From Microbotryum violaceum (taxonomy: Eukaryota), in the NCBI GenBank assembly GCA_001244265.2, contig CDLV01000011.1, positions 124,001 through 188,000 of the forward strand: 64,000 bases of DNA, in the 5' to 3' direction. Each line of letters opens with the position of its first letter. Position 1 is the first letter of the stretch. The notes beneath the pieces are model-generated. The model did no database searches. It saw only the letters and a program-made list of their open reading frames with translations, and was not told the DNA's origin. This document shows, in pieces, positions 48,957-64,000 of the stretch. Both the position numbers and the translations under genes were made by a program.

Positions 48957-51710
48957 TCAATCCTCGTTCGGTCGCACGATAGCGTTCTTGCTCATCATGC
49001 GAAATTTCTTCCCGTATGTGTAGAGGAGGAAAGGTGCGGGGATGAACAAGATAGCCAAACCACCGAGCAGACTTGAAGCACCCGGGACGCCGAGCTTCTT
49101 GAACATTTCTGAAGGGAAGGGTGAAGACGACGATGCGGCGGTCAGTCTCGATGTATATCCTGCAACACATGTATGCAGGGAAGCGGCGTACGTATAGCAA
49201 ACAACGGAAACGCTGCACCGAACGAAGAACGGCACACAGTGTTGAACGAGAGTGCGGAGGCGGCGTTCATCAGATAGGTGTCAATCAGGTAATTGAAGAT
49301 GCCCAAGAAAATGTAGAGGATCGTGATGCCGAGAAGGAAGATGCCGAGGATGGGAGATGCAATATTGATGCTCGGGTACGAGGTCCAACCGACCCAGAAG
49401 AAGGAGACAGCGAAGAGAGGAGCCGCGAACATCAGAGGCTTGAGGCGGAACTCGGGCTGATAACCGAAGGGGGCCTGTCAGCCTCGGCGGGTGCAACGAC
49501 TGAATGACACAGGATCAGAAGACTTACAGGAACCGGCTTTCCGTTCAACGAGTGGTGATATGCCGTATACTTGGGGTTGAAGTAGAGGACGTAGCCAAAC
49601 ACGGCCGCCACTCCCCCGCCCAAGAGCGCAAGGAAGACGAGACCGCTTTCGCCGGGGTTCAAGCCATGTTGTCTCTAGCAGTATGGAAAGAAGTGGGAGG
49701 AAATAATAGACTCCAACTCTTGTGAAGCGATGGCGTGCAAACCCACCTCAAAGATAATCGGTACGGCTATCACGTCCAGAAGAAACAAGCAAATCCCAGA
49801 ACGGGTTAGCAAATGATGAACGCGGCCAGGGGTGGGCGGCAGTGAGAGCTTACCCTCGAACAAGAGGTAGACGACACCGTAGACTGCAGGAGTACAGTCA
49901 TAAAGGAGTCCCAGCATTAGTTCAAACTCGAGACTGCCCCCACCTGCGCGTGAGCACTCACCGAGACTCATGTAGATCGTGAGCAACAAGAGCATCGGCT
50001 CTTGCGCTATGGAACGCAGAAGAGAGATGAGACTGGTCAGGACTCAGCAGGCGAACACAGATACCTCGAATTCGATTGAAGGTGACTGACCCGCCATCCT
50101 GAATGGTTTGTAAATTGTGCGGTCTAGCAATTCCTTCGTGGTCTCTTTCTTGTTGTCCATCGGCGCGTGCCATCGATCGTCACCCGTCTCCTTGCGCAGG
50201 CGTTTGGCTTCGAGATGCAACAGGTAAGGCACGTACGTTTCGGGCAACAGCGGGCTTATGAACACGAAGCATACCCCAGCGAAGATAGTGAGCACCCAAA
50301 AAATCCACCGAAAGTTGGTCTTGGTTACTTCCATGAACCCGGAGATGATAGGGGCCAAGGCCGGACCAGCGAAAGGCATGAGCGAGAAGAAGGCGAGAGC
50401 GTCACCGCGCTTGTCGGGGCCCCACAAGTCGGCAATAACACCACCACTGCGTGATAGATTCCGGAAGACGGTGTTCAAAAAAGCGGTTGAGACCTTGGCG
50501 TCGAGTGACACTCTCACGGTGACTCACGAGTTTGTCAGCGGCGCGGCGGCAAAGCAACCTCCGAGGAAGCGGAAGACGATGAGGGATCCAATATTCGGAG
50601 CGAGAGCACACCCAACTTGGAACGCAACGTACGGGCCCCAAGCAATGAACATGACTAGTCGTCGCCCATATCGCTCGGACAAAGGGCCCCATACTGTGGC
50701 GCGGCGAGGAAAAAGTCGATACAGGTGTCAATTATGTTCGAGCGTGGGGAACATGCTCGAGCCCCAATTGAATCACGTACGAATAGGGCCGACGCAGTAA
50801 CCGGCGACGAATACTGTGAAAAAGAAGCGAGAAAACGGTGATTGACGGTGATGAGCTGAATGATTAATGGCCTCTCCGGTTTGGCAGCCGTAGCAGTGAG
50901 GAACTCGGCACTGACTAGATATCAAGAGCACGCCCACCTCTTCCGACACGTTATAATGGCGAATGATGCTCGGGATCAAGTTGGATGGTGCAGAGGAGGC
51001 GAAAGCTGCGTATTTGATACAAAAAAGGGAGGTGGTAGTCCGAAAAGCACATCAGCCCAAATCGTGTCAAGGTCAAAGCGTACACTGGTGCTGAATGGCA
51101 GCTTTGGAGCTCTTTCCCACCTCCTCCCCGAAATCACTTCAGCGCCAAGCTTGAAGTCACTTCAGCGCCAAGCTTGAAGTCACTTCAGCGCCAAGCTTGA
51201 AGTCACTGCACGTCGTTGCATTTGAACACGCAACGAGAGAATCTCGTTGAATCAGAGGGAGCAAGAAAACGTACCTGCATTCAGAACCAAGAGACCGGCA
51301 AACGCCGTGATGACCCATCTCCACGGTTCGGACCAAGTATGTGGATCGAGATGTTCGCGCCCCTTGAGCGTGACCAGAAACGGATCATCCGCCCCCAGTG
51401 CGGCTGGACCCGCCGCTTGTGACGACGGTAACGGCTTCTCCGACGAAACACTGCTTTTTTGTTGTGCTTCAAGATCTTTCGAGTCGTTCCGTAACGTGTG
51501 GTCGCTGTGGCTCGAAACGGAACCGTTGCCGCTCAAAAAAGGACCACCGCTGTTGCTGACGTTGGCCCCAGCCGAGGCCTCGTCGTCCGCCGCGTGCGCC
51601 ATCGGGCCCGCCGAGTCGATTCTCCGCTCACTCGAGAAGTTGTTCAGTCGAACGGCGGAAGGTGTAGCGACTTCCAAATCGGAGCGAGCGGTATCGTCCA
51701 CGGTCGTCAT
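48957..51710 (-). CDS. MFS transporter, DHA1 (drug:H+ antiporter 1) family
   Basis: DPHTWSEPWRW, FASSAPS, FVAGYCVGP-WGPLSERYGRR, IVFRFLGGCFAAAPLTNSGGVIADLW, PFAGPALAPII, LPETYVP, PEFRL, YLIDTY...ASALS...RSSFGAAFPLF. Confidence 0.93.
51134..51207. repeat. 23-bp tandem repeat x3.2 inside an MFS intron
   Basis: (TCACTTCAGCGCCAAGCTTGAAG)3 followed by TCACT, copies identical. Confidence 0.95.
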
Positions 51711-52063
51711 CGTCGAAATTATCCAAGTGATGTACGGGCAACAAGCCACAGTGATGAGGTGAGGGAGGAGTGAAACAGACGTTGACACATTCTCGCGACG
51801 ACGGCCAGGTGATAAATTGTGGGGGCACGTGGAGCCCTGGAGGGTAGAGGGGTTAGTCAAGGTGAATGTGTCAATCCATCGCCGAGAACAGGCGACACCC
51901 GCGACCATGCGCATGGTAAGGTCGGCGGGCTTTATGCCAGTTTTCGCCGCCCGCGCCAAAATTGCTTTCAGGATGAGTATTGGCCACTTCGGGGCAGTCT
52001 CCCAGTCTCTTCAAAATTATACCGCTGGTGGCTGAACATGGCGTGGTATTCGACGACCCAAGA

Positions 52064-52113
52064 GATCGTCGATCAAAGCGATCGTCGATCAAAGCGATCG
52101 TCGATCAAAGCGA
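52064..52113. repeat. 16-bp tandem repeat x3 upstream of the MFS gene
   Basis: (GATCGTCGATCAAAGC)3. Confidence 0.93.
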
Positions 52114-53265
52114 CCACATTCAATCGATCCTCCGACCCATTCGATCGGGCACCCACCCTCGCCTTGCTTCATTCATTGAAGTACGCCGACGCCCCCATCT
52201 CGACTCTCGCAGCCCCCACCCCCACTCGATGATGCGAAACCGGCGGAGTCGCGGTCGCTGGTAGATGAGTACTACAGCCTCCGTCATCCATGCTCACGAG
52301 TGCATGCTTGTGCTTGTGCACATAACCCTTGTATACTCGTTTCTCTCCCGGTCAAACGTGTCTGCACGACATTGCACAGCTATGCATCCCCGTGCACGCT
52401 CGGATTGATTCAACCTCCCGCGACCTAGTACTTCGTTGCGAAACCCCTTCCTTCGCCAACCGTCGAATGCACTGCGTCGATCCGATGTGGAAAAGGGGGA
52501 GCAGGGCGAGGACCAAAATCCATGAGGATTGATCACACAGAATGCGGTATGAAGAGTCAGCGATGAATGTCGTGCGACGTTCCCCCCGCCCTCGGTCGGT
52601 CGCACAGGGGGGGTGGGAGGTCCCGAGTCGACTCGGACTCGCCCTCGCTCAATCCTCATCATCCTTATCATCAGCGCCATTTTTCTCATCGCGCATCGTC
52701 CTGCTAACTATTACATAATTTGCTGTTGTTTATCAGGTCATCTCTTGACCTTCTTTGAATACTGGGTGGATCATGTGAGGATTCTCACGGTGAGTTCTTG
52801 ATTGAGCTCGATCACCCGCGCGCGCCTGGGGGCCATTTTGGTCCTTTTTGTCCAGACCTCGCAGAACCAGCTGGCGCGCTTGGCTCTTTTTGTTTGTTTT
52901 GTCCATAGTTTTGTCGTAGACTTTTAACGGGCCACGCGCCTCCGATTGGCCCCCGAGCAGCCTCCCGACGTCTTCCCCAACCCCGGCTCGGAGCGCTTGA
53001 TAGCTTGATCTCGGGCACAGCTGCAGATGGAGAAGAAACGACGCTACCGACGCAGAAGCGTAGGCTCAAACCATGCCTACAACTAGATCAGGATGTGACT
53101 CAGAAGCATATTCCGCCATTCTGTATCGTTTGTCGCGTTGTTTACGTCCTCTCAATCAGTGCCCGAAGCCCTTGTTAATCCGGACTTGTAGGTTATCCCG
53201 CGTGGCCCAAAGAGGAGTCATCTCCGACTCGGCTACTAGTTGCCGGCGCCTCCATATTTAGCAAC

Positions 53266-53266
<1 letters not shown>

Positions 53267-53322
<56 letters not shown>
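53267..53322 (+). repeat. Poly(A) tract, ~56 nt
   Basis: Uninterrupted A run directly left of the MULE TIR. Confidence 0.95.
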
Positions 53323-53323
<1 letters not shown>

Positions 53324-53334
53324 GAAAGATAGCG

Positions 53335-54522
53335 AAAGGACAGAAATGCTCTCGCTTCTTTTCATGAGGACAGAAATGCCCTTCTCTAAAGGACCAAAAT
53401 GCGCTCGGATTCTCGACTTCTGTAATACTTGATATAGCAGCTCATAACCAGAGGGTAGCTTCTTGTAGTCGTTGTGATCAGCGCCGTATACTCAGAATCC
53501 CCAGGAATGCCGTGAGAATTCAGTTATCACGGTCACAAAGTCAGGGGGCCTCATCGATCGTCGACGCGTCGAGGCGCCAGTTCGCGAATCGACGTTGGCC
53601 ACCTTCCGCATTCTCGCCCCAACATCGAAGTCACCACCGCCTTTCGACGATGGAACATTCTTCCAAGAAGTGCGAAAGTCTCTACGAAAAGAAGGAGCTC
53701 ACAGAAGCGGGCCATTGATATGCGCTTGATCACCAGTTTTAGCTCGACATTCGCAAGTCTGACACGCGTCGTGAGCACGAGTGTCCAAGATCCTCCGTGC
53801 GCCTTCTCTGCCACTGCTATCTTCAAAGGAGAATGTAGTGTTTGGGCCATCATTTTCTTCAATGAAGCCCACAGTTACCGATCGCTACTACAAACCGGCG
53901 ACAGCAAGAGCAGACTTACGCGACACCGCTCCAACCTGTTCCATCTCGGGCCGAATGGAAGCTGCATCGTCTTCCTCGTGAGCGTCATGAGGTCACGGTG
54001 AAGTGGGCGATAGTGACTCAACTGGTGACGGAGAGGGTGTCATTATCATGTCGTCATATCTCTCCAAGCGTACACGACGTCCGATCAAGCGCAGGATCCG
54101 GGGTGCGGACGAGAGGTCCAAGCGCGACACGATCTGTGGTCTCTGCGAAGGCCCCGGACACAACCGACTTACATGCGATAAACAGATAGACCATTTGAAT
54201 CTGAGCATAAGGTGTCAAGACTGTCAATGTTACTACAAGCTGAAAGCATGCTGGTCAGTTTCATATGGAATTCACTGCGGTCGTCATCGCTTGCTTTCGA
54301 CTCGCTTCAGTCGCGATAGGGCCCTGACTTTGCGACCGTGATAACTATATGATCACGGCATCTCTGGGGATTTTGAGTATACGGCGCTGATCACAACGAC
54401 TACAAGAAGCTACCCTCTAGTTATGAGCTGATATATCAAGTATTACAGAAGTCGAGAATCCGAGGGCATCTTGGCATTTCTGTCCTCATGGAAAGAAGCG
54501 AGAGCATTTTTGTCCTTTTCCC
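53335..54522 (+). mobile_element. Non-autonomous Mutator-like (MULE) DNA transposon, internally deleted
   Basis: ~200-215-bp TIRs (53335-53550 / 54320-54522). Internal relic resembles a MuDR-type N-terminal domain (KKELTEAGH*YALDHQF*LDIRKSDTRR...DPPCAFSATA...WAIIFFNEAHS) plus the C-terminal RPIKRRIRGADE...CGLCEGPGHNRLTC knuckle; DDE core absent; TSD not identified. Confidence 0.82.
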
Positions 54523-55008
54523 ATAAAAAAACCCTGAAATGGGATGATCTCGGGATCGCGACTCCCATCTGATCTGACTTTGTGGGTGTTGCAGAAGTCA
54601 CAAGCTGGATGAAGGCAGGAGGATAGTCGGTTGAAGGGAAAAAAAAAGAGAACAGCAGTGCACGAGGTAAGGAGGACCTGTGTAAGAGGCCCAATCACAA
54701 ACAAAAAGAGGAAGGAGAAGGACGAAGGGAGTAGTAGTACCCTAGCGTAGCACAGCTGAAGAAGGCCCAAACGATGATAAATTGAGATGGTCGATTACAA
54801 GATAGCTGGACGAGATGAGGAAGTAGACGGAACAATCATAGACAGAACAGGGCAACGGACACAGGAGATGTAGAGGGGTTGAAGGGTGCTATAGGGACGT
54901 AGAGCCTCACAACGATCATGTGCATGAAGACAAAGGTAGAGGCAGTCGAAGGGATGAAAAACATATGTGTCCGTTTCTAGAAGAGAATTCTTGAGTGCAG
55001 ATCCGAAA

Positions 55009-57926
<2,918 letters not shown>

Positions 57927-60120
57927 GATGAACGTGAGCTGGTCTGTTCGGTCAAGTTAGGCGGAGGGAGGCGCGGTCTGCGCGATATGAAGTCGACGTG
58001 TCGTGGAACACCTGGTCCGTCAGCAACGATTGTCTACAAGCCCGAAAATGTCCAGTCGGTAAAGGCAGGGGGATGATCAAGGACGGCAGGTGAGGTCGAC
58101 CAATACGATGATGAGGCAGCGGGAAGAGTAAGACTGCCACAAGTGATCGTTCGGGTGGGGTCCGGTAGTCCGGTAGTACGTTCAGCGCGGACCTCGACAG
58201 TCCGAGAACAGTAAAACCATGAGAGTGTGTGAGAAGAAAGAGGCAGGAAGGGGAGGCCGAGCTCAACCCACCAGGTCCGCATGGCCCAACCAAGGACTGC
58301 TCCCTTCTTCCCCCACTACCATCCCTATCTCCTTTCCACCCCACCCTTCATCCAGGAGGAGCGCGCGCGCCTTGGCTCTGTCCCGAGGCGCAGGCGCGGG
58401 CAAGGCGGGCAAGGCGGAAGGGCCTTCGCGCCAACTTAAAAGACGCGCGCCCGACACCCGCTTCGAGAGGACGGGACCCGTGTTCATCGATCGATACCAC
58501 CGCCTCAACACAGATCCAGTGGCAAAGACCCATACTGGACCGTCCCTGAGATGCACCCAATTCTTCTCCGTCGTGTTGGGGTATCATGGGAGGTGCTCGT
58601 AGGGCCTTGTCATGGCTTCTTTTCGGCGACCGACTCGGACGACCTCGACCACTCGCGGTGCGACCGTCGATGGCGCGCGCGCCTCGAGCGAGATGCCGGA
58701 ATCCGGATACGGGGAACGTGGCACTGGAGAAAGGGACGGTCTAACTCACGTACGAGATATTGGACAGAACGCTTTGAGATTGCTTGGGTTTGAGAAAGGG
58801 AGCGCAGTTGGAGTGACGGGGTGGGGGAGGGAACGCAAGGAAGGAGCAGACCCCAATGATGGCGTCCGGTGCGGGTGGGGGAATTGGAGCAGCTGAACGA
58901 GATCGACTTTCAGCCTCGGGCCGGACTCGTTATCGAGCTTCCAAAGCGTAGATGTATAGTCAGGAACCGCATCGTCTATTTGCTTTTGACAGAGCATGTC
59001 ACGATATTGGCTGAAAAATCAGATGTTGAACGACCGAAAAAAGTCATGCTCAATCGGTACGACCCTGAACGGCCAAAACTCCCGGGCCGCGCTCGCCGCG
59101 CTCCGAGGCGGTGCACTGCTCTCGAGCTCCACCTGGTTTCCGCGAACAACTCGCCATCTTCAACCTTGACCAGCACACAGCCACCGAGGACCACTTTGGG
59201 AGCATATCTCTCCGAAAATCATATTCCGCGAGAGAGGTAGTTATAAGCGTGATGCCGCTACACCGCCTCGAGAGCTGATAGCAAGACGATCGATCTCAAG
59301 TTGTGACGGATCGACTCGGATGGGACCCCGATGAATTTTCGGCCGAGATCGAGGTTGGAGAGGAAAATGGTTGATCGAGGTTCCGTGTTGAGATCCATGA
59401 AGCTGAAGTGAAGCACCAGTGCCACGAACCAGAAACACAGAGGCCGGTGACGTAACTCATGATCCATTCCTGACGACAGCAGCGTTGATCGGTGGGACGA
59501 GGTGAAAGACAGGGGCCTCATCAAAATGTGAAGTTCCAGCAGAGGGCGGCCAAGAGAGCATCCTACACCCAGAGCACTACACCTGTTTCTCGGTTTCCCT
59601 CGGGACCCTTCACAACTTGTGACTAGGGCAGCATCGCAAAGACCTTGAATCCGAGCCGTGGGACTACCCGAGTAACAGCTGGCAGCAAAAGTCCTCCCGA
59701 AGAGGTCCGTGCGAGCGCCTTGTTAATGTCGTCATTGAAAGCCCCGGCCAGCTCTTTTTGAGGTGGAGTGGGTGCATTACAGCACAATGGAGCAATACTC
59801 CACGCCCTTTAAGACTCATGGGCATCCTACTGCATCTTTGCGGAGGTGTGTTGAAGTGATCGAATGTCGTCGAAGGCTCAATGGCTCGGAGAGGCGCGGC
59901 AGGGGCCTCGAGCGTTTCAGCGAGCTCGGGAAATTGTTCCAGCACCTTCCACCCGGCTCCGCTCGATTCGGGCGCCACGCGCGCTCAAAGTCGGTCGCTG
60001 CTGGCTCGCTCGCTCTCTTTCCCTTTCCTTTCACACGCATACACAGTATATCGCACCCCGCACACCGCACACCCACAACACACGCACAACCACCCTCATC
60101 ACCAACTTCCTCTCCCCATC

Positions 60121-62818
60121 ATGTCTGCTGCCCAACCCGAGACCTGTACGTTGCCCCTCCCCAGGCGCTGTCGAGCTGCGACCGATCTCGAATGCTGATT
60201 CTCGCAATGCGATTCTCTCACGTTCCATCACCACCACCACAGTCGGATTCCAGGCCGAGATCAGTAAGTAGCCTTGCCACTGAGTACTACCCCTCTTGTG
60301 TACTGTAACTCAAAATATATTTTCTTCTACCTTACAGCCCAACTCTTGGACCTCATCATCAGTACGTAGTGCATCCCTAGAAGGGAGAAAAGACATCGCC
60401 AAGTCGACGCCTTTCCATGAGCTTCCATCACCCATCCCAGCCTCTTTCCTGCTAGCCTTGTCATGTACTGACGTGCTCTCTTCTCCACTACTTCGTCACT
60501 GCTTTGACCTTCTGCAGACACTTTCTACTCGAACAAGGAGGTGAGTAGGCCGCATCGACAGCTGCTTTTCTTCGACCCTCTTCTGGGCACGCTCCCACAC
60601 TCCGGGGGTTGCCCAGACTGGAGCGAGCCGGCGCCGAGTCTTGGACTGTCTACAGACCACCAAGACTGACTTGACTGCGCGTCCTCCTCCCAGATCTTCC
60701 TTCGAGAATTGATTTCCAACTCGTCCGATGCCCTCGACAAGGTTCGCTACTCGGCCCTGACAGACCCCACACAGCTCGACACCGAGAAGGAGCTTTTCAT
60801 CCGCATCACCCCGGATGTCGCCAACAAGACCTTGACCATCCGTGACTCTGGTATCGGAAGTGAGTCTTTACTGCCCACACCGCTCCATTCTTCCCGAAAG
60901 AATCAAGAATTAACTTTTTCTTTTTTTTTTTTTCCTCTTCTCGCCACACCCAGTGACCAAGGCCGATTTGGTCAACAACCTCGGTACAATCGCCAAGTCC
61001 GGCACAAAAGCCTTTATGGAGGCGCTCTCGTCCGGTGCCGACATCTCCATGATCGGTCAATTCGGTGTCGGTTTCTACTCGGCTTACCTCGTCGCCGACA
61101 AGGTCACCGTCATCACCAAGCACAACGACGACGAGCAGTACATCTGGGAGTCCGCCGCCGGTGGCACCTTCACCATCACCCCCGACACGGTCAACCCTCC
61201 GCTCGGCCGAGGCACACAGATGGTCCTGCACATGAAGGACGACCAGCTCGAGTACCTCGAAGAGAAGAAGATCAAGGACATCGTCAAGAAGCACTCGGAG
61301 TTCATCTCGTACCCGATTCAGCTCGTCACCGTCAAGGAGGTTGAGAAGGAGGTCGAGGACGACGAAGAGGAGGAGAAGAAGGAAGGCGATGATGACAAGC
61401 CCAAGATCGAGGAGGTCGACGAGGATGACAAGAAGGAGAAGAAGACTAAGAAGGTCAAGGAGTCCGTCACCGAGCAGGTCGAGCTCAACAAGACCAAGCC
61501 CCTATGGACACGCAACCCGGCCGACATCACCGCCGACGAGTACGGTGCCTTCTACAAGTCGCTCACCAACGACTGGGAGGACCACCTTGCCGTCAAGCAC
61601 TTCTCCGTCGAAGGTCAGCTCGAGTTCAAGGCGATCCTCTTCATCCCCAAGCGGGCGCCCTTTGACTTGTTCGAGTCCAAGAAGAAGCGCAACAACATCA
61701 AGCTCTACGTGCGCCGCGTCTTTATCATGGACGACTGCGAGGACCTCATCCCCGAGTACCTCAACTTCGTCAAGGGTATCGTCGACTCGGAAGACCTGCC
61801 GCTCAACATCTCGCGAGAGACGCTGCAACAGAACAAGATTCTCAAGGTGATCCGCAAGAACTTGGTCAAGAAGACGATGGAGATGCTCGCCGACATTGCC
61901 GAGGACAAGGAGAACTTTGGCAAGTTCTACGAGGCGTTCGGCAAGAACATCAAGCTCGGTATCCACGAGGATGCGCAGAACCGCTCCAAGCTCGCCGAGT
62001 TCTTGCGCTTCAACTCGACCAAGTCCGGAGAGGAGTTGACCTCGCTCAAGGACTACATCACGCGCATGCCCGAGCAGCAGAAGAACATCTACTACCTCAC
62101 CGGCGAGTCCCTCTCGCAAGTCCGTGACTCGCCCTTCCTCGAAATTTTCAAGAAGAAGAACTTTGAGGTCTTGTTGATGGTCGACCCGATCGACGAGTAC
62201 GCCACGACGCAGCTCAAGGAGTTCGAGGGCAAGAACCTCGTGTGCGTGTCCAAGGACGGCCTCGAGCTCGAAGAGACCGACGAGGAGAAGGCGCAACGCG
62301 AGAAGGAGACCAAGGAGTTCGAGGACCTGACCAGGACGATCAAGGAGATCCTCGGCGACAAGGTCGAGAAGGTGTCGATCTCGAACCGCATCTCGGACTC
62401 GCCGTGCGTGCTCGTCACCGGTGCCTTTGGGTGGTCGGCCAACATGGAGCGCATCATGAAGGCGCAGGCGCTGCGCGACGCCTCGATGTCGTCGTACATG
62501 CAGTCCAAGAAGACGCTCGAGATCAACCCGCACAACGCGATCGTCAAGGAGCTGCGGTCCAAGGTCCAGGAGGACGCCGCGGACAAGACCGTGCGCGACT
62601 TGGTCACGCTTTTGTACGAGACCGCTTTGCTCACTTCGGGCTTCACCTTGGATGCGCCTACGGACTTTGCCGCCCGCATTCACCGCATGATCTCGCTCGG
62701 TCTCTCGATCGACGAGGACGAAGAGCCCGCTGCGGTGGAGGAGTCCAAGGTGGAGGAAGGTTCGGACGCACCCGCTCTTGAGCCCGCCGGAGTGAGCGCG
62801 ATGGAGGAGGTCGACTAA
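60121..62818 (+). CDS. HSP90: Cytosolic heat shock protein 90, 6 exons
   Basis: Exons 60121-60145, 60243-60263, 60338-60361, 60518-60540, 60694-60859, 60954-62818; [44 protein letters not shown]-terminal MEEVD. Confidence 0.98.
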
Positions 62819-63191
62819 ACGCGCAGAAGATTATCGATGAAGAAAGTAATAAAAGGTGGGGAGGACTTGGCTTCTTCCCCTTCCAGACGTTGTTTTTTGG
62901 TTGGGTCCTTTTCCTCTCTCGTGGCTCTAGTTGTCCTTCTTCCTTTTACGCATCATCTCTTTTCTAGACTCGTTTGTTCTTTTGCCTCTTAAAAAGCAAT
63001 GTTTAAAAATGAATGAATGCACCACACACACACCTGGGCCCAAGAAAACCCAAGAGAGAAATCTGGCACCAGAGCTGGCATGGTCCAAGCTCAAATTTGG
63101 CTTTCGCAGGCGCGCGTGGGCGGGGCGCGGGAAGCTCCACCACTCGTTCGCTTGCCTTTCTGCTTTTACCCCTGTCCACATCCACAACACG

Positions 63192-64000
63192 ATGAGTGAA
63201 GCACCTACCGAACCTTCTGCCTCTGTCGCCGCGCCTGCTCTTGCCGTCGATGGCGGTGCTGCTGCTGCTGCTGTTTCCGCTGAGCCGGCTGCTGCTGCCG
63301 CTGGTGCTGCGAAGGACGGCCTGACTCGCGCCGTTGAAGAAGCCGTGGTTGCGCAAGGTTAGTACGAGCTGCAAGACGTCCTACGTGTTACCTGTGATCA
63401 TGTTCGTCTGAGCTGAGCCTGGAACACATCGTACCCTTGTCCGATGATGAACGTGCTCCCGATTCGTCGGTCCAACTTTCAACTTGCAAATTGCCCATCC
63501 CGCTCCTTACACACCCCCTATCTCCAATCCAACCTTCTCCCCTCTCGCCCCACAGTCGAGTTTTACCTCTCCGACTCGAACCTCCCCTTTGACAAGTACC
63601 TGTACGACGTGTGGTCTCGTTCGTTCCACCAACCGGCTTCGATCATCACCTCGACCGCCGACGACCCTTCCTCGAACCCTTCGACCTTGACCGCCCATCC
63701 CGAATCCAAGCACCCTCGTTTCCACCTCGGTTGGATCCCGCTCTCCCTACTCACCTCCTTCAAACGTATGACGCCTTACCTCTCCCCCGCTCCTACGGGA
63801 CTCGGTTCGATCGAAGCCGTCGCGAACGTCGTCAAGGACCATTCTTCCCTCGTCCAAGTCCGTCATTTCGGTTCCGACGATGCCGATGCCGCACAGGAAG
63901 GTCAAGGTTGGTACGTGCGTAAGAGCATCGAATTGAAGCGTCCGCAGGATACGCTCGAACGATCCGTTTACGTCAAGGGGTTCCCCGTCGAAGAAGTTTC
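63192..64000 (+). CDS. La-motif RNA-binding protein (La/Lhp1-like), 3' part outside the window
   Basis: Q|VEFYLSDSNLPFDKYL ... GWIPLSLLTSFKRM, followed by RRM start RSVYVKGFP; intron 63358-63555. Confidence 0.9.

Noticed and set aside
51134-51207. CRISPR-like array
   Set aside because: The repeats are directly adjacent with no spacers, there are no cas genes, and the context is a eukaryotic intron.
58600-59600. Possible gene or transposon relic between GFA1 and HSP90
   Set aside because: Short, stop-interrupted frames on both strands with no recognisable motif or terminal repeats.
59900-59960. Heat-shock element upstream of HSP90
   Set aside because: Only an imperfect TTCnnGCAnnTTC match; no clean run of three nGAAn units.
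61502-62683. 393-aa antisense ORF over HSP90, and similar antisense or alternate-frame ORFs over GFA1, PMT4 and the permease
   Set aside because: These are shadow ORFs expected from strong codon bias in GC-rich, highly expressed genes.
63358-63555. Intronic box C/D snoRNA in the La gene
   Set aside because: The best C-box-like word (ATGATGA) lies downstream of the CTGA words, and no terminal stem or guide is recognisable.

Overview
This is eukaryotic, intron-rich fungal DNA (GT-AG introns, CTRAC-type branch sites, many micro-exons). It looks like a basidiomycete, probably Pucciniomycotina or Microbotryomycetes-like; that taxonomy is an inference. Most of the window is housekeeping genes: a GMC/alcohol oxidase with an apparent frameshift, a Zn2Cys6 transcription factor, a Ser/Thr-rich single-pass membrane protein, a Gbp2/Hrb1-like 3-RRM protein, a 2-hydroxyacid dehydrogenase, RRP6, a ZIP transporter, an SH3-PX-BAR sorting nexin, a TBC RabGAP, a HEATR6-like protein, PMT4, HMG-CoA synthase, an amino-acid permease, a DHA1 MFS transporter, GFA1, HSP90 and a partial La protein. 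Two mobile-element islands stand out. The first (12035-16438, ~4.4 kb) is a Helitron-derived composite. It is bounded by two outward-facing copies of the same putative Helitron 3' end (hairpin + CTGG|T), which form ~390-bp inverted repeats. It contains a decayed, internally inverted Rep gene and an apparently intact, in-frame-spliced 3-exon orphan gene (246 aa). The second (~53335-54522, ~1.2 kb) is an internally deleted Mutator-like element with ~200-bp TIRs next to a 56-nt poly(A). All exon boundaries and identities were judged by eye; no database searches were run.
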